Assembly (NCBI GenBank): GCA_963667785.2
Contig: CAXXMU010000006.1
Span: 544,001 to 608,000 of the forward strand
Length of the DNA: 64,000 bases
Source: Alphaproteobacteria bacterium
Lineage (GTDB): Bacteria > Pseudomonadota > Alphaproteobacteria > UBA828
Direction of reading: 5' to 3'
Positions 10,031-19,504 of this stretch are shown here, piece after piece. The position numbers and the translations under genes were made by a program. Below the pieces are notes generated by a model. It made no database searches and had not been told where the DNA came from. It saw nothing but the letters and a program-made list of their open reading frames with translations. How positions within the stretch are numbered: position 1 is the first letter of the stretch; each line of letters starts with the position of its first letter.

Positions 10031-10264
10031 CTAGAGCAAATTCTGACCAGACGGGGGTCACGTCCGTTTGTCGCACGCTCCCCCGTTCGCATGCAGTGCG
10101 GCTGAAGACTCCCCCACCTCACCCCGGCCCTCTCCGCCCCCAGGGGCGGAGAGGGAGAGAAGGCCGCGCCGTCGCGTTCCCCCTCCGCCTTTGGGGGAGG
10201 GGGACAGGGGGAGGTGGGAGTCGTTGGGCCTGTCGTGACCCGGTATGGTCGGATAATGCTCTAG
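10031..10264 (+). repeat. CTAG-bounded composite MITE/REP element, copy 1 (left arm type A)
   Basis: CTAGAGCAAATTCTGACC...GGTCGGATAATGCTCTAG with an internal CCCTCTCC...GGAGAGGG double-hairpin core. Confidence 0.85.
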
Positions 10265-10302
10265 CGAGCGTCGCGCGGATACGCGCGCGGGGGCGCGCGA
10301 TG

Positions 10303-10330
10303 CGAGCGCCCGGCGCCTGAGGGTTACGAA
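10303..10330. repeat. 28-bp dispersed repeat, copy 1
   Basis: CGAGCGCCCGGCGCCTGAGGGTTACGAA; 27/28 identical to 19468-19495. Confidence 0.75.
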
Positions 10331-10340
10331 AAAGATCCGC

Positions 10341-11546
10341 TCAGAGCGCCGGGTCGGCCGACGGGAGGCCCATCAGCACACGGCCGTGGTTCGACGCGTT
10401 CACGTCCCAGTTCTGGGTGATGTGGCCGCGGATGCAGTTGAGGTCGCGCATCGCCCGCGAGATCGGGTTGCGGTCGTAGAGCCCGGCGCCGCCCGAGAGG
10501 TGGAAGAGCAGGTCCACCGCCTCGGCCGCGAGCTTGCCCGCCATGGTCGCCTTGGCGCGAAGCTCCGTCTTGAGCGGCATCGGCGCGATCTCGCCGCGCT
10601 CGGCCACCGCCATGCCGACGTCGCAGCAATGGTGCAGCAGGAGCCGGGCGGTCTCGATCGCGGTATGGGCCTCGGCGACCTTGACCTGCGCGGTGGAGTA
10701 GTCGGCCATGCTCTTGCCCGACATCCGGGCGACGCGATCACGGGTGCGCGCCACGAAGTCGTCGAGGGTGGCCTGGGCGACGCCCACCGCCACCGCGCTC
10801 TGGTTGATGGAGAACATGGCGAAGGCCGGCAGCTTGTAGAGCGCCGCGTCGTTCGCTGCACACCCCGGCGCATCGCCGCCGCCCTTGGTGGCGTCGATGG
10901 CGAGCGCCCGGCGGTCCGGCACGAAGATGTCGTCGACCGCGACGTCGGCGCTGCCGGTGCCGCGCAGGCCGGCGGTGTGCCAGGTGTCGATGATCTCGAA
11001 CTCGCCGAGCGGCACCGCGTGCATCTGGGCGCGCTTGGGCACGCCGTCCCCTTCCGTGAACGCCATGGCGATGAACCAGTCGGCGCCGTAGACGCCGCTC
11101 GCGAAGGGCCAGCGCCCGCTGATGCGCCAGCCGCCGTCCTCGCGCACCGCCCGGCCGCAGCTCGGGATCAGCACACCCGCCACCATGGCGTCCGGCGTTC
11201 CGCCCCAGATCTCGTCCTGACCGTCGGGCGGCCAGTAGCCGAGCAAGCAGTTGTGGGAGCAGTACTGGGTGAGGCACCAACCGGCGGCGCTGCAGGCGAC
11301 GGAGATGGCCTCCACGATATCGACCATGCCGGAGAAGTGCGCCTCGGCCCCACCGTGGCGGGCCGGCTGCAGGATGCGGTGGATGCCGGCCTCCCGCATG
11401 GCCTGCATGGTCTCGGGCGCGAGCCGGCGCTCGTCCTCGGTCGCGTCCGTGCGCGCGCGCACCGTATCCATCAGCCCCTCGGCGCGGGCGAGAAGGCCTT
11501 CCCGGGTTCTCGCCGTCACCGTGCCCGCGGCTGCCGTCTCGTTCAT
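10341..11546 (-). CDS. Acyl-CoA dehydrogenase-fold flavin monooxygenase (HsaA/group D-like)
   Basis: ISGRWPFASG, DTWHTAGLRGTGSAD and SGGAGLYDRNPISR motifs; true start MNETAA at 11546. Confidence 0.85.
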   Translation of the reverse strand: MNETAAAGTVTARTREGLLARAEGLMDTVRARTDATEDERRLAPETMQAMREAGIHRILQPARHGGAEAHFSGMVDIVEAISVACSAAGWCLTQYCSHNCLLGYWPPDGQDEIWGGTPDAMVAGVLIPSCGRAVREDGGWRISGRWPFASGVYGADWFIAMAFTEGDGVPKRAQMHAVPLGEFEIIDTWHTAGLRGTGSADVAVDDIFVPDRRALAIDATKGGGDAPGCAANDAALYKLPAFAMFSINQSAVAVGVAQATLDDFVARTRDRVARMSGKSMADYSTAQVKVAEAHTAIETARLLLHHCCDVGMAVAERGEIAPMPLKTELRAKATMAGKLAAEAVDLLFHLSGGAGLYDRNPISRAMRDLNCIRGHITQNWDVNASNHGRVLMGLPSADPAL

Positions 11547-11551
11547 CGCAC

Positions 11552-12208
11552 TTACCCTTCCATCAGCACGTCGTGGGCCAGGTGGGCGGCTACCCGGTCC
11601 AGCCCCTCGCCGGTGCGGCAGTTGGTGAGCAGCACCGGCCGGCCGGCGCGCACCTCTTCGGCCTCCCGGCGCATGAGCGCGAGATCGACCCCCACATGGG
11701 GCGCGAGGTCCGACTTGTTGATGATGAGCAGGTCGGCCCGGATGATGCCGGGGCCCCGCTTGCGCGGGATGTCGCCGCCGCCCGAGACGTCGATCACGAA
11801 CAGCCAGTAGTCCACCAGATCGAGGGAGAAGGTGGAGGCGAGGTTGTCGCCGCCGCTCTCGATCAGGATGAGGTCGAGGGGGCGGTGCTGCACCTCCAGC
11901 AGGTCGGCCGCCTCGATGTTGAGCGTCGGGTCCTCGCGGATCACGGTGTGCGGACAGGCCCCGGCCTCGACGCCGACGACGCGCTCCGGCGGGATCAGGC
12001 CGCTCCGCTGCAGCCGCTCGGCGTCCTCCCGGGTCACCAGGTCGTTGGTGACGATGGCGAGCGAGGTGCTGCGCGCGGCGAAGAGCGGGAGCAGCCCCTC
12101 GATGAGCGCGGTCTTGCCCGAGCCCACCGGCCCGCCGATGCCGACGCGCGCCGCGCTCGGCGCCGTTTCCGCCAGGGCCTCCGTCACCGCCTCCGCCGTC
12201 TCGGCCAT
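11552..12208 (-). CDS. ureG: Urease accessory GTPase UreG
   Basis: [27 protein letters not shown] and NKSD motifs. Confidence 0.93.
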   Translation of the reverse strand: MAETAEAVTEALAETAPSAARVGIGGPVGSGKTALIEGLLPLFAARSTSLAIVTNDLVTREDAERLQRSGLIPPERVVGVEAGACPHTVIREDPTLNIEAADLLEVQHRPLDLILIESGGDNLASTFSLDLVDYWLFVIDVSGGGDIPRKRGPGIIRADLLIINKSDLAPHVGVDLALMRREAEEVRAGRPVLLTNCRTGEGLDRVAAHLAHDVLMEG

Positions 12209-12666
12209 CAACCGCTCTCCACTTCGTCCACGAGGCGCGCCCTGCCGTCCTCGAGGTGCTGGGCGAGGCGCGCCAGATAGCTCTCGCGCGGGCCGTCCAG
12301 CGCCACCTTGAGCAGCGTGCCCTCGAAGCGCACCCGCCAGTGCAGATTGCCGCAGAAATAGCCGAGTTCGAGCGCCGCCGCCATGTCCCGAGGGCCGAGC
12401 GCGAGCCACACGGTCTCGCGCATGCGGACGACGACGGCACGGCCGTCCTCCAGCAGCAGCACCGCGCCGTTGGCGAGGCGCTCGGAGCGCGCCAGGGCGA
12501 TCGCGCAGTCGGTCCCCTTGTCGGTCGCGACGCGCAGCCGCTTGCGCGCGGTGTCGGCCGCATCGAGGGTGATGGTCTCGACCAGGCCGTCATGCTCGAG
12601 CGCGTGGAGGCGCTCGGCGACGGTCGCGTCGGTCGCGTTGCCGACGATCCGGGTGAGCCGCAGCAT
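12208..12666 (-). CDS. ureE: Urease accessory protein UreE (no His-rich tail)
   Basis: [11 protein letters not shown] and [10 protein letters not shown] motifs; stop overlaps the ureG start. Confidence 0.82.
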   Translation of the reverse strand: MLRLTRIVGNATDATVAERLHALEHDGLVETITLDAADTARKRLRVATDKGTDCAIALARSERLANGAVLLLEDGRAVVVRMRETVWLALGPRDMAAALELGYFCGNLHWRVRFEGTLLKVALDGPRESYLARLAQHLEDGRARLVDEVESG

Positions 12667-12802
12667 GGGCGAGAGCTTAACCCGGAAGTCTCGCCGAGGT
12701 CATGAGCGGCACGCGACGCGGGCCGTGACCGTGGCGAGACATTCGGGCTATGGTCCGCGCCGGCCGCAGGCGGTGCGGTGGTCGAGACAGGCGGAGAGGG
12801 CG

Positions 12803-13726
12803 ATGGCTGACGAAGCGAAGAGCGCCGGGCGGCTGGAACGCGTGTTGCGCGAGCGCGCCTTCGCCATCACGGCCGAGACCGGGCCGCCCGATTCCGTCGA
12901 CCCGGCGGACGTTCTGGCCCGGGCGGGATGCCTCAAGGGGCTCGTCGATGCCGTCAACGTGCTCGACGGTGCCGGCGCACGGGCCCATCTCTCGCCGCTC
13001 GCGACCGCCGCGATCCTCGCCCAGGCCGGCATCGAGCCGGTGCTCCAGTTCACCATGCGCGACCGCAACCGCCTCGCGCTGCAGGCCGACGTGCTGGGAG
13101 CGGCGGCGCTCGGCGTGCACAGCCTGCTCTGCCTCACCGGCGATTCGGTGGAGGCGGGCGACCAGCCGGAGGCGAAGCCAGTCTTCGATCTCAAGTCCAA
13201 CGAGTTCATGGCGACCGTCCGCGCCATGCGCGACGAGGGGGTCCTGCCCGGCGGGCGGCGGCTCGCCGCAGCGCCGAGGCTCCTGATCGGCGGTGCCGAT
13301 GCGCCACGCGAGCCCGAGGCCGGCAGCGAGCCCTCGAGCCTTCAGGCCAAGATCGAGGCCGGGGCGGACTTCTTCCAGACCCAGTTCTGCTTCGACATGG
13401 CGATGCTCGGGCGCTACCTCGCCTGGCTCGGCGATTTCGGCATACCGGAACGCACCGCCATCATCGTCGGCATCGGGCCGCTGAAGTCGGCACGCTCGGC
13501 ACGCTGGATGAACGAGAACCTCTTCGGCGTGCACATCCCCGACGCCGTCATCGCCCGCCTCGACGGCGCCGACGACCAGCGCGCAGAGGGGATCCGCATC
13601 TGCGTGGAGCTGATCGAGGAGCTGCGCGGCATGGAGGGGGTCGCTGGCGCACACCTGATGGCGCCGCGCGGCGAGCAGGCGATCGCCGAGGCCATTGCCG
13701 AAGCGGAGATCGGCCGGCGCGACTGA
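12803..13726 (+). CDS. metF: Methylenetetrahydrofolate reductase
   Basis: ITAE, VDAVNV, RDRNRLALQAD, CLTGD and KIEAGADFFQTQ motifs. Confidence 0.9.
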   Translation: MADEAKSAGRLERVLRERAFAITAETGPPDSVDPADVLARAGCLKGLVDAVNVLDGAGARAHLSPLATAAILAQAGIEPVLQFTMRDRNRLALQADVLGAAALGVHSLLCLTGDSVEAGDQPEAKPVFDLKSNEFMATVRAMRDEGVLPGGRRLAAAPRLLIGGADAPREPEAGSEPSSLQAKIEAGADFFQTQFCFDMAMLGRYLAWLGDFGIPERTAIIVGIGPLKSARSARWMNENLFGVHIPDAVIARLDGADDQRAEGIRICVELIEELRGMEGVAGAHLMAPRGEQAIAEAIAEAEIGRRD

Positions 13727-13751
13727 ACCGGCGCCGGGTCCGCGCCCGGTG

Positions 13752-15167
13752 TCAGGAGCGGGCGCTGACCGCGGGATCGAAGTCGGGATCGAGGCCCCGG
13801 ATCATGACGCAGGGCATCGGCGCCGCGCGGAGCGTCTTGCACGCCCGGTTGGCGTCGTTCTTGTAGAGCCCCAGGAACTGCGCCTTGTAGTGGGTGCCGC
13901 TGCCCTCCTGGCTGGGCGCGAGCATCGGCGTCGCGTCGTTGAGGACCGGTGCGCGGGCGGAGGCGCGGCGCATGGCGATCTCCGCCGCTGTGACGGACGA
14001 GTAGGAGCCGACCTCGATGCCCCAGGGGCGGTCGGCCGCCGGCGCAGCGTACGCCTCCGATCCGATGCCGAAGTCCACCGATGACGCAGGTGCCGGCGGC
14101 GCGTCAGGTTCTGGCGACGCGGCCGACGGCTTGGGCGGCGATGGCGCCGGCGGCTGCGGGCCGGCGGCGACCTCGACCGGCTCGACCAGAGTGCGCAGTG
14201 GGGCTGAGGGCGTCTCGGCCGCCGGGGCGGGCGAAGCGACCGCAACGCTGACTGCTGCCGGCTTGAACCTGGGCATCGGCGCCGCCAGGCCGGAGCCGGA
14301 CGGCGGACGCGGAACGCCCGCGACCAGCAGGCGGCTGCTCGGCGGGCGACGCTCCGCGAGCCGCGTGAAGCCGAGATCGAGGAGGTTGACCATGTGGTTG
14401 TTGCGAGAGCGCGACGTCTTGCCGCCGAAGACCACGGCGATGATGCGCCGGCCGTCGCGCTCCGCCGATGCCACGAGATTGAAGCCCGAGGCGCGGATAT
14501 AGCCGGTCTTTATGCCGTCGAGACCGCGATACTGGCCGAGCAGCCGGTTCGGCGAGCGATGGTTCTTCCCCGCATAGCGGAAGCGCCGGTCGTCGAAATA
14601 GTGGTAGCGGTGCGGGAAGTCCCGCATCAGAGCACGGGCGAGGCGCGCCATGTCCCGCGCCGTGCTGCGCTGCGCCCTGTTCGGTAGGCCGGAGGCGTTG
14701 CGGAAGGTGGTCCGGGACATGCCGAGCGCGCGGGCCTTGGCGGTCATCTTCTCGGCGAACTTGCGCTCCGTCCCACCCAGGTGCTCGGCGACCACCACGG
14801 CGACGTCGTTGGCGGACTTGACGACCAGTGCGCGGATCGCCTGCTCCACGGTGACCGTCGACCCGGCGGCCACCCCGAGCTTGGAGGCGGGTTGCCGCGC
14901 GGCGCGCTTCGAGACAGTCATCTTGGAGCCGAGGCCGAGGCGCCCGTTGTCGATCGCCTCGAACAGCATGTAGAGGGTCATCATCTTGGTGAGCGACGCT
15001 GGATAGCGGCGCACATCGGCGTTGCGCGAGCGCAGGACCTCGCCCGTGTCGGCATCGATGACGATGGAGGCGTAGCGCGCCTGTGCCGGCTCGGCGGCGA
15101 AAAGCTGCGCCGCGCCGAGGACGCAGAGGGCGAGAACGAGACCGAGAACGATCGAGCCTGGCCGCAT
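13752..15167 (-). CDS. dacA: D-alanyl-D-alanine carboxypeptidase (S11) with C-terminal SPOR-like domain
   Basis: SxxK (ASLTK), SAN and KTG motifs; Pro/Ala-rich linker. Confidence 0.9.
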   Translation of the reverse strand: MRPGSIVLGLVLALCVLGAAQLFAAEPAQARYASIVIDADTGEVLRSRNADVRRYPASLTKMMTLYMLFEAIDNGRLGLGSKMTVSKRAARQPASKLGVAAGSTVTVEQAIRALVVKSANDVAVVVAEHLGGTERKFAEKMTAKARALGMSRTTFRNASGLPNRAQRSTARDMARLARALMRDFPHRYHYFDDRRFRYAGKNHRSPNRLLGQYRGLDGIKTGYIRASGFNLVASAERDGRRIIAVVFGGKTSRSRNNHMVNLLDLGFTRLAERRPPSSRLLVAGVPRPPSGSGLAAPMPRFKPAAVSVAVASPAPAAETPSAPLRTLVEPVEVAAGPQPPAPSPPKPSAASPEPDAPPAPASSVDFGIGSEAYAAPAADRPWGIEVGSYSSVTAAEIAMRRASARAPVLNDATPMLAPSQEGSGTHYKAQFLGLYKNDANRACKTLRAAPMPCVMIRGLDPDFDPAVSARS

Positions 15168-15338
15168 GGACCGCGTATCCCGCCCCTCTTCCACGTCCGC
15201 TCCGGCAACGAAAACGAATCGAGCCGGAATCTCTTATCGGTCCAAAGCGGCGCGTCCGTCAAGCATGACGGGTCTGGAAGTGGTTGATTCTGCGTTATCT
15301 CTGCGCGGAGCGCGCGCCGGTCCGGGTGCTTCGGCCTC

Positions 15339-16736
15339 TCAGAAATCGGGCAGCGCCACGTCGCTCAACCGAAGCTGGGCCGCGAGTTCGGCCTTCAGGC
15401 GCGCGAGCGCGGCGGCGTCTCGGGCCTCGCAGCGCGCGACCAGCATGGGCTGGGTGTTGGAGGCGCGCAGCAGCCACCAGCCGTCCGCGCTCTCGGCCCT
15501 GACGCCGTCGATGCCGGTGAACGGCAGGCCCGCGGCCTTCAGCCGGGCGGCAACCTCGTCGGCGACCTGGAACTTGCGCCCGTGCGGACAGGGGAAGCGA
15601 ATCTCGGGCGTGCTCGCGGGACGCGGGAGCTCGGCCCCGAGCGCCGCCAGCGAACGCCCCTCGCCCGCGATCAGGCGCAGCAGCCTGAGGGCCGCATAGA
15701 GCGCGTCGTCGAAGCCGTAATAGCGGTCGGCGAAGAAGATGTGGCCGCTCATCTCGCCGGCCAGCGGCGCGCCGACCTCGGCCATCTTCGCCTTGATCAG
15801 CGAGTGCCCCGTGCGCCACATCAAGGGCTCGCCGCCGAGCCGGGCGATCTCGTCGAACAGGACCCGGCTCGCCTTCACGTCGCCGATGACGGTGGCACCC
15901 GGCATCTCGCGCAGCACCTCGCGCGCGAGCAGGGCCACGATCCGATCGCCCCAGAGGATCTCGCCCGTTCCGTCCACCACCCCGATCCGGTCGCCGTCGC
16001 CGTCGAACGCGACGCCGAGATCGCAGGGCTCGGCCCGCACCGTCTCCATGAGCTGCGCCAGATTGCCGGCCACCGTGGGATCCGGGTGATGGGCGGGAAA
16101 GGTCCCGTCGACCGTCGCGTTGAGCAGGATGTGGCGGCCCGGAAGGCGCTCCACGAGCGCTGCGAGCACCGCGCCGGCCGCGCCGTTGCCCGCGTCCCAG
16201 GCCACCGTGAACGCATCGTCGCAGGCCTCGCGGAGGAGGCGCGCGACATAGGCGGGTGCGATGTCGTCCTGCGTCACCCGGCCGGCGCCCTCGGCGAACG
16301 CGCCGGCGGCGACGGTGCGCGCCAGCGCCCCGATGTCCTCGCCGTGGAAAGGCTTGCCGCCCAGCACCATCTTGATGCCGTTGTAGGCGGGCGGATTGTG
16401 CGAGCCCGTGACCATCATCCCGCCTGTGGCCCGGCGCTCGTGCACCGCGAAGTAGAGCATCGGCGTGGGCCCGAGGCCGATGCGCAGCACGTCGGCGCCG
16501 GCCGCAACCAGGCCCTCGACCAGACGCGCTTCGAGAGCCGGCGAGTCGAGCCGGCCGTCGCGCCCAACGCAGATCAACGGCGCCTCCCCGGCCGGCGCCC
16601 GCGTCCGCGCGCGGGCGATGGTGGCGAAGCCCCGGCCGATGGCCTCCATGTCGGCACCGGTCAGCGTCTCGCCGACGATCCCCCTGATGTCGTAAGCGCC
16701 GAGAACCGTCGCATCCAGAACACGGCCCCGGGTCAT
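15339..16736 (-). CDS. algC: Phosphomannomutase/phosphoglucomutase
   Basis: AYDIRG, TGSHNP, DGDGDR, GEMSGH and RASNTQP motifs. Confidence 0.93.
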   Translation of the reverse strand: MTRGRVLDATVLGAYDIRGIVGETLTGADMEAIGRGFATIARARTRAPAGEAPLICVGRDGRLDSPALEARLVEGLVAAGADVLRIGLGPTPMLYFAVHERRATGGMMVTGSHNPPAYNGIKMVLGGKPFHGEDIGALARTVAAGAFAEGAGRVTQDDIAPAYVARLLREACDDAFTVAWDAGNGAAGAVLAALVERLPGRHILLNATVDGTFPAHHPDPTVAGNLAQLMETVRAEPCDLGVAFDGDGDRIGVVDGTGEILWGDRIVALLAREVLREMPGATVIGDVKASRVLFDEIARLGGEPLMWRTGHSLIKAKMAEVGAPLAGEMSGHIFFADRYYGFDDALYAALRLLRLIAGEGRSLAALGAELPRPASTPEIRFPCPHGRKFQVADEVAARLKAAGLPFTGIDGVRAESADGWWLLRASNTQPMLVARCEARDAAALARLKAELAAQLRLSDVALPDF

Positions 16737-16816
16737 GGCGAGGCCGACCCTTCCGGCGCGCAGGCCGTCGCCGCCCGAAGAAGCCCGGCCTTCCTCACGG
16801 GTCTCGCCATGCCGGA

Positions 16817-17584
16817 CTAGCCGCCGAGCAGCAGCTCCTTCGCCTGGTTGATCTTGGCCGCGAGATAGTTGGAGCCGCCGTGGTCGGGGTGCAGCTTGCG
16901 CATGAGGGTGCGGTGAGCCTCCTTGATCTCGTCCTCGCCGGCGCCGGGGCTCAGGCCGAGGATCTCGTAGGCCTCCTCGCGGGTCATCGGCGTGCGGCCG
17001 GCGCTCTTGCTCCGGCTGCTCCTGCGTCCCCAGCCCTGGCCGGTGGAGCCGCCCGCGTCGGCGCCTTGGGTGCGCTCGCTCTCCGCTCCCGCCTCGGCGC
17101 GCTCGCGCCAGTCGGGACCGAGGGTGCGGTCGAGATAGGCCTCGAGCAGGCGCCGGCCCTCGTCGTCCCTCAGGCTGCACTCGCCGAGCAGGTCGAGGAG
17201 CTGGGGCTCCGAGAGCTCGTCGAGGCGGCGGCCGGCGTAGCGCCCCTGCAGCACCGAGCCCTCCATCTCGCCGCTGTCGTGGTCGAGGGTCATGCGCAGG
17301 TAGGGAGTCTCGATATCCGAGCGCTGGCCCGCCGTGGGGTTGGGATTGAACCGGCCCCGGGCCATGCGGCTCATCAGCCAGGGCAGGCCGGTGATCGCGA
17401 GCGGCAGGAAGGCGAGCTGCGCCTTTCCGGTCACGCTGAGAAAGATCGTGGCCGCGGCGCCGGCGGCGATGAAACCCCACTTGAACCACTTGGCGAGGCT
17501 CGACGGATTGGCCGTGGCGAACCAGCGGGTGAGCAGCACCACCAGGACCAGGAGCGCGAGCCCGAGAAGGACGTAGGCGACCAT
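16817..17584 (-). CDS. Membrane-anchored DnaJ-domain protein
   Basis: N-terminal TM segments; C-terminal J domain with HPD (KLHPDHGGS). Confidence 0.88.
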   Translation of the reverse strand: MVAYVLLGLALLVLVVLLTRWFATANPSSLAKWFKWGFIAAGAAATIFLSVTGKAQLAFLPLAITGLPWLMSRMARGRFNPNPTAGQRSDIETPYLRMTLDHDSGEMEGSVLQGRYAGRRLDELSEPQLLDLLGECSLRDDEGRRLLEAYLDRTLGPDWRERAEAGAESERTQGADAGGSTGQGWGRRSSRSKSAGRTPMTREEAYEILGLSPGAGEDEIKEAHRTLMRKLHPDHGGSNYLAAKINQAKELLLGG

Positions 17585-17635
17585 CGGCGGGCGCGGCCTA
17601 TGCCGCCGGGCGGCGGGCGCAGGGGCCGGGAAAGC

Positions 17636-18346
17636 TCATTTGATCTGATGGGCGATCTGCAACACCGCCTCGCCGCGCTGGCGGCCGTAATGCTGGAGCG
17701 CCTTGCGCCCCCCTGCGGCATATACCGCGACCGCGCCAAGCAGCTCCTTGAGCTGGCGCGCGCTCGATGCGTCGAAGCGCAGGTAGGCGCCGTTGGTGAG
17801 CCGCGCGATCTGGCGAAACGCCAGTGCCGCCGCCGGGTCCGGCCCCTCGTGGAACATGAAGGCAGGCACGCCGCGCAGGCCCAGCTCGCCGGCGATGGCG
17901 CAGAGCTCGTCCACGTCCTCCTCCATGCAGTCGCCGACGAAGACGAGCGCATGGACCCGCCGGGCCTGGGTCTCGTCGAGCGCGTGGCTCAGCACCTTGC
18001 GGATCTGAGTATGCCCGCCGAGGCAGTGGACGGCGGTCATGGCGCGCACCAGCGACCGCGAATCCCGCACCCACTTGCTCGCCCGGCACTCGCCGAAGCC
18101 GCGGTAGTAGACGAGCTGCACCTCGAGCCCGCCGAGCGTGGCGGTGGCGTCGAACATCTCGCCCTGGATCTGGCAGGCGCGGTCCCAGGTGGGCTCCCGG
18201 CTCGCCGTCGCATCCATGGCAAAGATCAGGCGCCCGGTCTCGCCGTGCTTCACCGGCGCCGGCGTCGCCGCGACCCGGCGCAGGAAGGCATCCACGTCGG
18301 CGCCGCCGCTCTCGCCCTTCGTCGGCAGCTTGCGCTCGCGGCTCAT
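17636..18346 (-). CDS. VWA-domain protein
   Basis: MIDAS-like FAMDATASR; LVFVGD. Confidence 0.85.
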   Translation of the reverse strand: MSRERKLPTKGESGGADVDAFLRRVAATPAPVKHGETGRLIFAMDATASREPTWDRACQIQGEMFDATATLGGLEVQLVYYRGFGECRASKWVRDSRSLVRAMTAVHCLGGHTQIRKVLSHALDETQARRVHALVFVGDCMEEDVDELCAIAGELGLRGVPAFMFHEGPDPAAALAFRQIARLTNGAYLRFDASSARQLKELLGAVAVYAAGGRKALQHYGRQRGEAVLQIAHQIK

Positions 18347-18410
18347 GGGCCTCTCCTCGAGGGCTGGCCGCCCTGGTCCCGCTCGTGCCCCATCGCAGGC
18401 CCGCCCCGCC

Positions 18411-19358
18411 CTATATGGGGACGACCGGCAGCCGCGCCAGACGCTCGGTCAGCAAGGCGAAGAAGCCGTCGGCGTCGACCCGCTGGAGGACGCGGGCGTT
18501 GGCGGCAGCGCCGCTGCGGCCGTGAACGTCGCAGACCGTGCGCCCGAAACAATGGCCCTCGCCGAGCTCCACGTCGACCCGCATGTCGCGGCCCTCGAAG
18601 AGCGCGGGCGCCAGCAGGTAGGCGATGACGCAGGGATCGTGCATGGGCGCGCCGTGATGGTAGGCCTCGACGTTCTTCGCGCCGTAGAGGTCGAGCATCC
18701 CGCAGACCGCCGACGACGGCGCCGTCCCCAGCGCGCGGATCGCCTCGAGCCGCGGCGGCGTCGCGATCGCCTGGTGGGTGACGTCGAGCCCGATCATGGT
18801 GAGCGGCACGCCCGCCTCGAACACCACATGCGCGGCGTGGGGGTCGGCGTGGACGTTGAACTCGGCCGCCGGCGTGACGTTGCCGAGGCCGATCGCGCCG
18901 CCCATGGTCACGATCTCGCGCACGTTGTCGAGGATCGCCGGGTTCTTGACGATGGCGAGCGCGACGTTGGTGAGTGGCCCGAGCGTGGCCAGCGTGATGG
19001 GTTCCTTCGCCGCCGTCAGCGCCTCGACCAGATAGTCCACAGCGTGGGCCGCCTCTGCGGGGCGGCTCGGCTCCGGCAGGTCGGCGCCGTCGATGCCGGT
19101 GGGCCCGTGGATGTATTCGGCGGTCTCCGGCTCGCGCACGAGCGGCCTGGGGCAGCCGGCATAGACCGGCACCTCGGGCCGGCCGGCGAGATCCCGGATC
19201 CGGCGCGCGTTGCTCTCGGTCCGCGCCAGCGGCACGTTGCCAGCGACGGCGGTGATGGCGAGCAGGTCGAACTCCTGCGCCGACGCGAAGGCGAGCAGGA
19301 GGGCGACGGCGTCGTCCTGGCCGGGGTCGCAGTCGATGATCAGCGGTCGCGCGCTCAT
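18411..19358 (-). CDS. Inosine-uridine-preferring nucleoside hydrolase
   Basis: DCDPGQDD, AEFN, GLDVT and HDP motifs. Confidence 0.93.
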   Translation of the reverse strand: MSARPLIIDCDPGQDDAVALLLAFASAQEFDLLAITAVAGNVPLARTESNARRIRDLAGRPEVPVYAGCPRPLVREPETAEYIHGPTGIDGADLPEPSRPAEAAHAVDYLVEALTAAKEPITLATLGPLTNVALAIVKNPAILDNVREIVTMGGAIGLGNVTPAAEFNVHADPHAAHVVFEAGVPLTMIGLDVTHQAIATPPRLEAIRALGTAPSSAVCGMLDLYGAKNVEAYHHGAPMHDPCVIAYLLAPALFEGRDMRVDVELGEGHCFGRTVCDVHGRSGAAANARVLQRVDADGFFALLTERLARLPVVPI

Positions 19359-19467
19359 GGCAGCCCCGAATCATACCCAGCAGCGCGGGTCACGTCACCG
19401 CCCGCACGCGCTACGCGCGCCCTGCGACCGGCGAGGCATGTCATCCCGGAAGGGTCGGGTCGCGGAA

Positions 19468-19495
19468 CGAGCGCCCGGCGCCTGAGGGATACGAA
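19468..19495. repeat. 28-bp dispersed repeat, copy 2
   Basis: CGAGCGCCCGGCGCCTGAGGGATACGAA. Confidence 0.75.
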
Positions 19496-19504
19496 TGGAG
19501 TCCC

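Noticed and set aside
10096-10320. Small ORFs containing PPHPGPLRPQGRRG in several places
   Set aside because: These are translations of the repeated MITE/REP core, not a protein family.
10341-12593. 750-aa ORF as a fusion protein
   Set aside because: The N-terminal 349 codons are an off-frame read-through of ureE/ureG; the real gene starts at 11546.
11552-12666. Urease locus
   Set aside because: No structural subunits, ureD or ureF in the window.
15339-17489. 716-aa extended phosphomannomutase
   Set aside because: The extension overlaps the DnaJ gene in another frame, an artefact of high GC content.
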